Shown piece after piece: positions 39,407-51,190 of a DNA stretch of 64,000 bases. The position numbers and the translations under genes were made by a program. Within the stretch, counting starts at the first letter, position 1. Every line of letters starts with the position of its first letter. Below the pieces are notes generated by a model. That model was not told the origin of the DNA. It was given only the letters and a program-made list of their open reading frames with translations, and made no database searches. Location: NCBI RefSeq assembly GCF_963921235.1, contig NC_086108.1, positions 111,726,001 through 111,790,000 on the forward strand, written 5' to 3'. Source of the DNA: Mobula hypostoma. Its lineage: Eukaryota.

Positions 39407-40214
39407 TAGATAGGCACATGAATATGAAGAAAATCGAGGGACATGGGACATTGTGTAAGAATAATGGATCAGTTCAGTTGGCCATTTGATTACTAATTAC
39501 CCAGTCCCGATGAAGGGTCTCAGTCCAAAACATCGACTGTTTATTCCTGTCCGTACATGCTGCCCAACCTGCTGAGTTCCTCCAGCATTTAGTGTGTGTT
39601 GCTTTGGATTGCTAGCATCTGCAGATTTTCTCACTGTTTTTCACTGTTTCTCACTATTTCTCACAGTTTTGTGTATGTTGCTGTGGATTTCCAGCATCTG
39701 CAGACTTTCTCACTGTTGTGGGCTGAGGGCCTGTTCCTGTGCTGTGCTGTGCTGTTCTATGTTCTTGGTTCTCTTTCTGGATAGTCCATGAACACCACCT
39801 CACTTTCTACACTATTTTTAATTCTTGATGTATTGTACTGTAATTTATATTATTTTTTGTGTGGTACTGTACTGCTGCTATGAAATGACAAATTTCATGA
39901 TCTGTGTCAGTGACAGAAAATCTGATTCTGATTCTGACTGGAGGGGTAGCCCAGGGTGGTGGAGCATAGTTCTGCTTGTCACATGCAGTCCATTGTGAAC
40001 AGTTCTGTCTCCAGGCTGTAGGAAGGATGTGATTAAGCTACAGAGTGTGCAGAGGAGATTCACAGGAATGTCTCCTCGACTGGAGGGTTTGCGTGATGAG
40101 GGGGGATTTGATAGAATCCTGGAGTAAAGGAGATTAAAGATTTATAAAGTCATGAGGGGCATAGGAAAGGTAGAGTGACAGGAGTGATAGGTATTGGGAT
40201 GGAAGGGGCATGGA

Positions 40215-41425
40215 GGGCTATGGCACAGGTGCGGGTGGATTGATGAAGGTAGAGCAGTAGATGTAGTGTACATGGATTTCAGCAAGGCATTTGATAAGGT
40301 ACCCCATGCGAGGCTTATTGAGAAAGTGAGGAGGCATGGGATCCAAGGTGACCTTGCTTTAGGGATCCAAGGTGACCTTGCTTTGGGGATCCAGAACTGG
40401 TTTGCCCACAGAAGGCAAAGAATGTAGATGGGTCATATTCTGCATGGAGGTTAGTGACCAGTGGTGTGCATCAGGGATCTGTTCTGGGACCCCTTCTCTT
40501 CGTGATTTTTATAAATGACCTGGATAAGCAGGGATGGGTTAGTAAGTTTGCTGATGACACAAAGGTTGGGGGTATTGTGGATAGTGTGGAGGGCTGTCAG
40601 AGGTTACAGCGGGACATTGATAGGATGCAAAACTGGGCTGAGAAGTGACAGATGGAGTTCAACCCAGATAACTGTGAGGTAGTTCATTTCGGTAGGTCAA
40701 ATATGATGGCAGAATATAGTATTAATGGTAAGACTCTTGGCAGTGTGGAGGATCAGAGGGATCTTGGGGTCCGAGTGCAGATTAACTGTGTGATTAAGAA
40801 GGCATATGGTGCATTGGCCTTCATCAACCGTGGGATTGAGTTTAAGAGCCGAGAGGTAATGTTGCAGCTGTATAGGATCCTGGTCAGACCCCACATGGAG
40901 TACTGTGCTCAGTTCTGGTCACTTCACTACAGGAAGGATGTGGAAACCATAGAAAGGGTGCAGAGGAGATTTACAAGGATGTTGCCTGGATTGGGGAGCA
41001 TGCCTTACGAGAATAGGTTGAGTGAACTTGGCCTTTTCTCCTTGGAGTGGTGGAGGATGAGAGGTGACCTGATAGAGGTGTATAAGATGATGAGAGGCAT
41101 TGATCGTGTGGATAGTCAGAGGCTTTTTCCCAGGGCTGAAATGGCTAACAAGGGAGGGCACAGGTTTAAGGTGCTTGGAAGTAGGTAGAGAGGAGATGTC
41201 AGGGGTAAGTTTTTTATGCAGAGAGTGGTGAGTGCGTGGAATGGGCTGCCGGCGATGGTGGTGGAGGTGGGTATGACAGGGTCTTTTAAGCGACTCCTGG
41301 ATAGGTACGTGGAGCTTAGAAAAATAGAGGGCTATGGGTAACCCTAGGTAATCTCTAAAGAAAGTACATGTTCGGCACAGCATTGTGGGACGAAGGGCCT
41401 GTATTGTGCTGTAGGTTTTCTAAGT
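40215..41425 (+). mobile_element. CR1 LINE 3' fragment
   Basis: [20 protein letters not shown] and KFADDTK, plus ORF 40652..41188. Confidence 0.88.
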
Positions 41426-41599
41426 TTTTATGATTGGATTTGCCAGAATAATGGATTAGCACAGACTAGTTGGGCTGAAGGATCTGTTTAAGCTTGTAGT
41501 GCTCCGAGTCCATAGCTTTAGAAAGCTCTACACTATTTTTGGAAGACATGGGTTTAGGGTGAGAGGGGGAAGATGTAAAGGGAATCTGAGAAGTATGGA

Positions 41600-42437
41600 T
41601 TATTGATACGCAGTTCGTTGTGTGTTGGTGTCAGGTTTGAGTTGGGTGTATTATAGAGTCCTGAGATCCCGAGACAGGTTATTGATGTGAGCTGTGCTGT
41701 GTGTTGGTGTCAGGTTTGAGTTGGGTGTATTATAGAGTCCTGAGATCCCGAGACAGGTTATTGATGCGAGCTGTGCTGTGTGTTGGTGTCAGGTTTGAGT
41801 TGGGTGTATTATAGAGTCCTGAGATCCCGAGACAGGTTATTGATGCGAGCTGTGCTGTGTGTTGGTGTCAGGTTTGAGTTGGGTGTATTATAGAGTCCTG
41901 AGATCCCGAGACAGGTTATTGATGTGAGCTGTGCTGTGTGTTGGTGTCAGGTTTGAGTTGGGTGTATTATAGAGTCCTGAGATCCCGAGACAGGTTATTG
42001 ATGCGAGCTGTGCTGTGTGTTGGTGTCAGGTTTGAGTTGGGTCTATTATAGAGTCCTGAGATCCCGAGACAGGTTATTGATGCGAGCTGTGCTGTGTGTT
42101 GGTGTCAGGTTTGAGTTGGGTCTATTATAGAGTCCTGAGATCCCGAGACAGGTTATTGATGCGAGCTGTGCTGTGTGTTGGTGTCAGGTTTGAGTTGGGT
42201 TTATTATAGAGTCCTGAGATCCCGAGACAGGTTATTGATGCGAGCTGTGCTGTGTGTTGGTGTCAGGTTTGAGTTGGGTCTATTATAGAGTCCTGAGATC
42301 CCGAGACAGGTTATTGATGTGAGCTGTGCTGTGTGTTGGTGTCAGGTTTGAGTTGGGTGTATTACTGAGGGTCCTGCAATTCCAGTATAGGTTATTAATG
42401 AATGTTTTGCTGTGTGTTGGTAACAGGTTTGAGTTGG
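41600..42437. repeat. 79-bp minisatellite (10 copies) abutting and overlapping the DNAI3 splice acceptor
   Basis: tcaggtttgagttgg recurs every 79 nt from 41631 to 42342. A divergent 81-nt last unit ends in the real acceptor acag|gtttgagttgg. Confidence 0.95.
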
Positions 42438-42617
42438 CACTCCAGCAAAATGAGATCATGGACGTGTTCTACGATGACTGGAATGGGCTCTCGGAGGAGG
42501 ACAGCACCTTTGGAGGGAAGGCCGACGGCCACTTGAAGGAGTACCAGTCGTTCACAGACCTGCAGAAGAGCCAGGGCAGAAGAATCAGCAACATCGAATG
42601 GCACCCCGCGATCCTCG
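42427..42617 (+). CDS. DNAI3: DNAI3/WDR63 coding exon
   Basis: gtaacag| ... G|gtgagg, phase 2/1. Encodes (R)FELALQQNEIMDVFYDDWNGLSEEDSTFGGKADGHLKEYQSFTDLQKSQGRRISNIEWHPAIL(G), with the ALQQNEIM and LKEYQSFTDL motifs. Confidence 0.93.
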
Positions 42618-43459
42618 GTGAGGTCAGCCCCACGGGATGTAGCGTACACAAGGGAGTGACTGGTTTATTCCTGTCACATGTACGGAGATAGTGAAAACCT
42701 GTCTCACACACTGTTCATACAGTTCAGATCATCACACAGTGCATTGAGGTAGAACAGGGTAAAACAGTAACAGTGCAGGATAAAGTGTAACAGCTACAGG
42801 GAAAGTGCAGCTCAGGTAAACAATAAAACACAAGATCTTAACAAGGTAGATAAGACCATAAAACATTGGAGGAGAATTAGGCCATTCAGCCCATCAGCTC
42901 TGCTCTACCATTTCATCATGGCTGATTTATTATCCCTCTTAACCCCATTCTCCTGCCTTCTCCCAGTAATCTGACTAATCAAGAACCTACCAGCCTCCAT
43001 TTTAAACATACCCAACGGCTGAGTCTCCTGAGCAGTCCATGGCAGTGAATTCCACAGGTTCACCACTCTCTTGCCAAAGAGATTCCTCCTGATCTCTGTC
43101 CTAAAGAGACCCACTCCCCAGCACCCTCTCTGCCTTGGTGATTCAACTGCTCATCCACATACTTGTTCAATGTTGTGAGGGTCTCTGCCCCTACCACTCC
43201 TTCAGGCAGCGAGTTCCAGGTTCCAGGCTCCCTTTGTGTGGAAAACTTTTCCCCAGATCCCTTCTAAACCCTCACCCCATCCCCCAAACCAGTGGTCCCC
43301 AACCTCCGGGCCGTGGACCAATACCGATCCACGAAGCATGCGGGGTGCAGCAGTAGCCTGGACGCACCCAGCACATCTTTATGAAAAAAGCGAAAATAAA
43401 CAAGCTAATTAATTAGGTGCCGCCCAGCATGTAAATGTCGGCCCAGATCAGAGGCGATG

Positions 43460-46054
43460 TAATCGGGCAAGACGAGGGCAGGTGGTGTCTGCCTACTGAT
43501 CAACACTGCGTGGTGCTCGGACACAGTGGCACTGACAAGCTCAGACCTGGGACACCTGTCAGTGAAGTGTCGTCCCTACTATCTGCCACGGGAATTCACC
43601 TCGGTCATACTGACAGCGGTCTACATCCCCCCCCAGGTGAACGTGGAGTGTGCTCTGAACATACTGTATGCCAACATCAGTGAACTTGAGACCAGATATC
43701 CAGATGCTTTGCTCATTATAGCCGGGGACTTTAACCAGGCCAACCTCAGAAAGGCACTGCCAAAGTTATACCAACGTGTCTCGTGCCCCACTAGAGGCCC
43801 GAATATACTTGACCACTGCTACACAGCAGTCAAGGATGCCTACCGTTCCGTCCCACGACCTCACTTCGGAAAATCGGACCATCAGGCCGTACTCCTCCTC
43901 CCGGCTTACAAACAGAAACTGAAGCGGGAGGTCACGGTGTCAAAAGTGGTGTCACGTTGGACGGAGGAAACGGATGAGGTCCTCCGTGACTGCTTTGAAT
44001 CGGTGGACTGGTTAGTATTCAAGGACTGGGCAGCTAACCTCTGAGTATGCCTCAGCTGTCACGGACTTCATTTGGAAATGCACAGAGGACTGTGTGTCTC
44101 GCAAGACGATCCGGGTATTCCCTAACCGGAAACCTTGGATGAATTATGAGGTCAAGTCCCTTTTAAAGGCTAGAGCTGCGGCTTTTAGGTCCGGGGATAC
44201 CAGTCGCTACACGGAATCCAGGCGTGAACTCCGGAAAGCCATTAAGGGCGACAAGAGGCAATATCGAGCCAAGTTGGAAGCCCAGGCTAACCAAAGGGAT
44301 GCCAGTAGACTACGGCAGGGTCTAAATGAGATCACTGGGCACAAAGAAAAGGCTGGGAATATCAGTAACTGTGGCACTTCTCTTCCTGACGAACTTAACG
44401 TATTCCCGCTCCCTCCGGATGAACCGGACCTGGTGGCATTGAGATTCATCGTCACCGAGGAGGACATTAGAAGGGCCTTCCTGAACATAAACCCAAGGAA
44501 GGCGACGGGCCCAGATGGCGTCCCAGGACGGGTTCTCCGGGCTTGTGCAAGTGAGCTAGCTGGAGTGTTTGCTGACATCTCCAACTGCTCCTTGCTTCAG
44601 CCTAAGATCCCCTCGTGTTTTAAGAAGGCAACGATAATCCCAGTGCCGAAGAAGAGCAAGGTGGCATGCCTGAATGACTATCGACCTGTGGCTCTGACAT
44701 CAATTGCTATGAAGTGCTTCGAGAGATTGGTTATGGCACACATCAACCACAGCCTACCAGTCAACCTCGATGCTTTGCAATTCGCCTACCGGAGCAACAG
44801 GTCAACGGCAGATGCCATCTCTCTGGCCCTACATTCCTCCTTAGAACACCTGGAGAGTAAAGACGCATACGTAAGGCTCCTTTTCATTGACTACAATAAT
44901 TGACTACTGCCTTCAATACAATCATTCCAAATAAACTGATTCCTAAGCTCCAGAACCTGGGCCTTAACACTCAAATCTGCAGCTGGATTTTCAACTTCCT
45001 CACAGACAGGACCCAGGCTGTAAAAATAGGGGACAAGCTCTCCTCTACAATCACTCTGAGCACTGGTGCCCCACAAGGCTGTGTACTCAGCCCCCTGCTG
45101 TACTCACTGTACATTCATGATTGTGTAGCCAAGTTTCCATCGAACTCTATATATAAGTTTGCTGATGACACAATTGTAGGCCGTATCTCGGGTAATGATA
45201 AGTTTGTGTACAGAGAAGAAATTAAGAACCTGGTGGCATGGTGCGAAGACAATAACCTATCCCTCAACGTCAGCAAGACGAAGGAATTGGTTGTTGACTT
45301 CAGAAGGAGTAGCGGACCGCACAACCCCATTTGCATCGGTGGTGCGCAAGTGGAACAGGTCAAAAGCTAAGTTCCTTGGGGTCAATATCACAAATGACCT
45401 GACTTGGTCCCACCAAGCAGAGTCCACTGCCAAGAAGGCCCACCAGTGCCTTTACTTCCCGAGAAAGCTAAAGAAATTTGGTCTGTCCCCTAAAACCCTC
45501 ACTAATTTTTATAAATGCACCGTAGAAAGCATTCTTCTAAGATGCATCACAACCTGGTACAGAAGTTGTCCTGTCCAAGACCGGAAGAAGCTGCAGAAGA
45601 TCGTGAACACGGCCCAGCACATCACACAAGCCAATCTTCCGTCCTTGGACTCACTTTACACCGCACGCTGTCGGAGCAGTGCTGCCAGGATAATCAAGGA
45701 CACAACCCACCCAGCCAACACATTTTTCGTCCCTCTTCCCCCTGGGAGAAGGCTCAGGAGCTTGAAGACTCGTACGGCCAGATTTGGGAACAGCTTCTTT
45801 CCGACTGTGATAAGACTGCTGAACGGATCCTGACCCAGATCTGGGCCGTACCCTCCAAATATCCGGACCTGCCTCTTGGTTTTTTTTTTGCGCTACCTTA
45901 CTTTCCCTTTTCTATTTATGATTAATAATTTAAATTTCTAATATTTACTATCGATTTTGTACTCCAGGGAGCGCGAAGCGCAGAATCAAATATCGCTGTG
46001 ATGCCTGTATGTTCTAGTATCAATTGTTTGGCGACAATAAAGTATAAAGTATAA
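43460..46054 (+). mobile_element. Rex1/Babar-like LINE, 5' truncated, relatively young
   Basis: Endonuclease (AVYIPP, AGDFN, SDH) at 43526..44044 and RT ([27 protein letters not shown]) at 44094..45370. C-terminus to 45833. Tail aataaagtataaagtata. Confidence 0.9.
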
Positions 46055-46765
46055 GCATCTTGATCTCTCCAAATCAGCTTGGCACTGAGAGCAATCCAAC
46101 CTCACACCGGGGTTAGTTGGATGGAAATTGAAACGCCTCCTCTCTGAATCGCTTACTCCAATTCCATTTACAACATGGCTCATCCCTTGAATTCACTTCG
46201 TATTCACTTGCCTCTTCATGGTTTACAGTTCTAGGTTACCACAACTTAATTAAGAGAAGGTGTTATTAATAATGTTTTCAGTCGAATTTATTGCCTTTTG
46301 AACCACCAGTAAGCTGTTGCTCATCTTTAGTAGTGCCATATTGACCTCTCTCGTGCCATTGCAATGAGCCAGGTCCGGGACAGGACTGAACGTTTCTCCT
46401 ACCTTATTCATTTATTTAATTATAGACACAACAGAGAACAGGCCCTTTTGGCTCTTCAAGCCACGCTGGCCAGCAGTCCCCCAATTTAACCCTGGCCTAA
46501 TCTCAGGACAATTTACAATGACCAATTAACCTACCAACCGGTACGTCTTTGTGCTGTGGGAGGAGACCGCAGCACCCGGTGGGAACCCGTGTGGTCGCAC
46601 GAGCTGGAATGTCTGTACAAAACCAAGCCAGGTCCAGGGATTAAATTAAGACAGACCAAGGGTTTCTCATTTTGAAACAGTGAAATCATTTTTATGGAGA
46701 TATTTTCAATGTTTTTGTCGGTGACTTTTCAGCTAAATTTGGAAAACCCCACCTTTGTTTTCCAG

Positions 46766-46890
46766 GGTTGGTGGCTGTGTCCGTGGTGGATATCATAACA
46801 TTGGAGGACAGAATAAAGTCGATCAACAGAACAGTCCGTAGTCACTCGTACATCCTCTTCTGGAACTTCAGCGACCCAATTCACCCACAG
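46766..46890 (+). CDS. DNAI3: DNAI3/WDR63 coding exon
   Basis: ttttccag| ... CAG|gtaccc, phase 1/0. Encodes (G)LVAVSVVDIITLEDRIKSINRTVRSHSYILFWNFSDPIHPQ. Confidence 0.92.
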
Positions 46891-47154
46891 GTACCCGAAG
46901 GTCTTCAGTACAACACCCGTCAAACACCAGTCCAGAGCCAATGGTCATAAAGCACTGCAGCACAGGAGCAGCCCTTCGGCCCATCTAGTCCTTGCCAAAC
47001 TATTATTCTGTCTAGTCCCATCGACCTGAACCTGGACCATAGCCCTCCATACCTCTCCCATCCATGTAACTGTCCAAATTTCTCTTAAACAAAATCAAAC
47101 CCATATCCACCACTTCCACTGGCACACACTCACCAGCCTGAGTGAAGAAGTTTA

Positions 47155-48800
47155 AGTCCAGTCAAGTTTATTGTCATTTAACTATGTACATATATACAAC
47201 ATATATAACCATATAATGTACATAGAAATGAGACATTTCTACAAACCAGGTTGCACAGAACACACAACATGATAATTTATGAAGGTAAGGATAAAATCTA
47301 CAGATTAATTGCACATAAATAACAAACTAAAGTGTATTAAAATTAAATATTGTAAGGTGTGGAACAGATTAACCAGTGACACTTCGAATATGATGCGGCA
47401 GGGAGTTCAGAATCCTAACGGCCTGGGGGACAAAACTGTTTCCCATCCCGACTGTTCTTGTCTTTATGCTTCATAGTCTCCCGCCTGATGGTAGAAAGTC
47501 AAAGAGGATGCTGGATGGATGGGTGGGATCCTTAATACTATTAAGGGCTCTGCGTATGTAGCACTCCTGATAAATGTCCCCGGTGGATGGTAGGGAGACT
47601 CCTGTGATCCTCTCAGCTGTTCTCACAGTCTTCCGTAGGGACTTCCGGTCCGATGGCCGACTGCTCCCAGACCAGATGGGGATGTAACTTGTCAGGGTGC
47701 TCTCAGTGGTGCTGCTGTAAAATGCAGGATGGGCTGGGGGGACCATGCCTGCCTCAGTCTTTGGCAGTGGAGGCATTGCTGTGATTGTTCAGGGAGGTGA
47801 TGCTAAGAGACCAGGTGAGGTCGTCCATGATTTGAACTCCCAGGAACTTAGTGCATTTAACTCAGGAGCCATGTATTCGCAGAGGGGGTTGGTTTGTCTG
47901 CATCTTGCTGACGTCCACAATGATTTCCTTTGTTTTCTCCATGTTCAGGCTTAGGTTGCTCTTCTCACACCCATCCGCCAGCCACTCCACTTCCTCTCTA
48001 CACTCTGTCGTGTCGTCGTTCCTGATAAGACCAGCTGCTGTTGGGTCATCCACTAAGGAGATGACAGGGTTTGAGCTGAGTCCTGAACACAGTCACATGT
48101 CAGCAGTGTGAACTACAACGGACTGAGCACACAGCACAGTGCTCAGCGTAATGGGACTAGAGACATTGCTGCCCACACTGACTGACTGTGGCCCGTATCC
48201 AATTGCACCGAGGACAGTTTCCCCACCAGTTTCTGAGATGTGGTGAACACCAAACTGAAGCCTATAATCAGCAGTCTGGGACATGAGACCTCACTTTCAA
48301 GGTTGGACAGGAGAGAGTGGAGGGCAGAGGCTGTTGTATCATCAGTGGATTGACTTGAGTGATAAGTGAACTGGAAAGGGTCCAATCCCAGGAGAAAGGC
48401 TTTAATGTGCTCCATGGTCAGTCGCTGAAAGCATTTCATAATGGTTGACGCTAATGCCACCAGCAATACTCAATCAAGCAGGTTACTGTTGCCTTCTTTG
48501 GCAGTGGAATAATTGTTGCCACCATGAAGACTGAGTGGACAATAGATTGTTCCAGAGAGATTTTGAATGAATCGGTCAGCACCATCGTCGGCTGGGCTGA
48601 GCGGTCTTTCAGAACCTGACCAGCTTTCTGAAGTGTCTGCTCCCCTGGGCGGAGGGGTGCCTTCCTCACCAGCTCTTTGTTCTGTGCATCAAACCGGGTA
48701 TCGAAGACACTCAGCCTCTCAGGGAGTGAAGCATCCTGGTCACTGATACACAGGGTAGACTAGCAGTCTGTAATCCTCTGAATTTCCTGCCACCATGTGC
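47155..48800 (-). mobile_element. Degenerate Rex1/Babar-like LINE fragment
   Basis: ORFs 48143..48466 (VALASTIMKCF), 47862..48053 and 47471..47776. Confidence 0.7.
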
Positions 48801-49189
48801 CCGTGTCCCCTTCAGGTTTCCTGTAAATATTTCACCTTTCACCCTTAACCCATGACCTCTAGTTCTAGTCTCACCCAACCTCAGTGGAAAAAGCCTGCTT
48901 GCATTTACCCTGTCTATACCCCTCATAATTTTGTAAACCTCTATTAAATTTCCCCTTGTTCTCCTACGCTTCAGGGAAAAAGAAGTCCTAACCTACTCAA
49001 CCTTTCCCTATAACTCAGGTCCTCAAGTCCTGGCAATGTCCTTGTCAATTTTCTCTGTCCTCTTTCAATCTTGTTTACATCTTTCCTGCAGGTGAGTGAC
49101 CAGAATCATTATCTCTGTTTCTCCACTTAACCTGCTGGTCTTGTTTCAGATTCCCACCAGCAATTTTTTTAAACACAAGAGATTCTGCA

Positions 49190-51190
49190 TAGAAACATAG
49201 AAAATAGGTGCAGGAGTAGGCCATTCAGCCCTTCAAGCCTGCACCGCCATTTATTATGATCATGGCTGATCATCCAACTCAGAACCCTGTACCAGCCTTC
49301 CCTCCATACCCCCGATCCCTTTAGCCACGAGGGCCATATCTAACTCCCTCTTAAATATAGCCAGTGAACTGGCCTCAACTGTTTCCTGTGAAAGAGAATT
49401 CCACAGATTCACCACTCTCTGTGTGAAGAAGTTTTTCCTAATCTCGGTCCTAAAAGGCTTCCCCTTTATCCTCAAACTGTGACCCCTCGTTCTGGACTTC
49501 CCCAACATCGGGAACAATTTTCCTGCATCTAGCCTGTCCAATCCCTTTAAGATTTTATACGTTTCAATCAGATCCCCCCTCAATCTTCTAAATTCCAACG
49601 AGTACAAGCCTAGTTCATCCAGACTTTCTTCATATGAAAGTCCTGCCATCCCAGGAATCAATCTGGTGAACCTTCTTTGTACTCCCTCTATGGCAAGGAT
49701 GTCTTTCCTCAGATTAGGGGACCAAAACTGCACACAATACTCCAGGTGTGGTCTCACCAAGGCCTTGTACAACTGCAGTAGTACCTCCCTGCTCCTGTAC
49801 TCGAAACCTCTCGCTATAAATGCCAGCATACCATTCGCCTTTTTCACTGCCTGCTGTACCTGCATGCCCACTTTCAATGACTGGTGTATAATGACACCCA
49901 GGTCTCATTGCATCTCCCCTTTTCCTAATTGGCCACCATTCAGATAATAATCTGTTTTCCTATTTTTGCCACCAAAGTGGATAACTTCACATTTATCCAC
50001 ATTAAATTGCATCTGCCATGAGTTTGCCCACTCACCCAACCTATCCAAGTCACCCTGCATCCTCTTAGCATCCTCCTCACAGCTAACACTGCCGCCCAGC
50101 TTCGTGTCATCCGCAAACTTGGAGATGCTGCATTTAATTCCCTCATCCAAGTCATTAATATATATTGTAAACAACTGGGGTCCCAGCACTGAGCCTTGCG
50201 GTACCCCACTAGTCACTGCCTGCCATTCTGAAAAGGTCCCGTTTATTCCCACTCTTTGCTTCCTGTCTGCCAACCAATTCTCTATCCACATCAATACTTT
50301 ACCCCCAATACCGTGTGCTTTAAGTTTGCACACTAATCTCCTGTGTGGGACCTTGTCAAAAGCCTTTTGAAAATCCAAATATACCACATCCACTGGTTCT
50401 CCTCTATCCACTCTACTAGTTACATCCTCAAAAAATTCTATGAGATTCGTCAGACATGATTTTCCTTTCACAAATCCATGCTGACTTTGTCCGATGATTT
50501 CACTGCTTTCCAAATGTGCTGTTATCACATCTTTGATAACTGACTCCAGCAGTTTCCCCACCACCGACGTTAGGCTAACCGGTCTATAATTCCCCGGTTT
50601 CTCTCCCTCCTTTTTTAAAAAGTGGGGTTACATTAGCCACCCTCCAATCCTCAGGAACTAGTCCAGAATCTAACGAGTTTTGAAAAATTATCACTAATGC
50701 ATCCACTATTTCTTGGGCTACTTCCTTAAGCACTCTGGGATGCAGACCATCTGGCCCTGGGGATTTATCTGCCTTTAATCCCTTCAATTTACCTAACACC
50801 ACTTCCCTACTAACATGTATTTCGCTCAGTTCCTCCATCTCACTGGACCCTCTGTCCCCTACTATTTCTGGAAGATTATTTATGTCCTCCTTAGTGAAGA
50901 CAGAACAAAAGTAGTTATTCAGTTGGTCTGCCATGTCCTTGATCCCCATAATCAATTCACCTGTTTCTGTTTGTAGGGGACCTACATTTGTCTTTACCAG
51001 TCTTTTCCTTTTTACATATCTATAAAAGCTTTTACAGTCAGTTTTTATGTTCCCTGCCAGTTTTCTCTCATAATCTTTTTCCCCTTCCTAATTAAGCCCT
51101 TTGTCCTCCTCTGCTGAACTCTGAATTTCTCCCAGTCCTCAGGTGAGCCACTTTTTCTGGCTAATTTGTATGCTACTTCTTTGGAATTGA
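49190..51190 (-). mobile_element. CR1 LINE 3' 2-kb fragment, well preserved
   Basis: ORFs 50584..50955, 49905..50564 (RT, KFADDTK) and 49260..49877. Tail ttctatg repeats on the minus strand. Confidence 0.92.

Noticed and set aside
41600..42426. CRISPR-like array
   Set aside because: Whole units repeat with no unique spacers, there are no cas genes, and the context is a eukaryotic intron.
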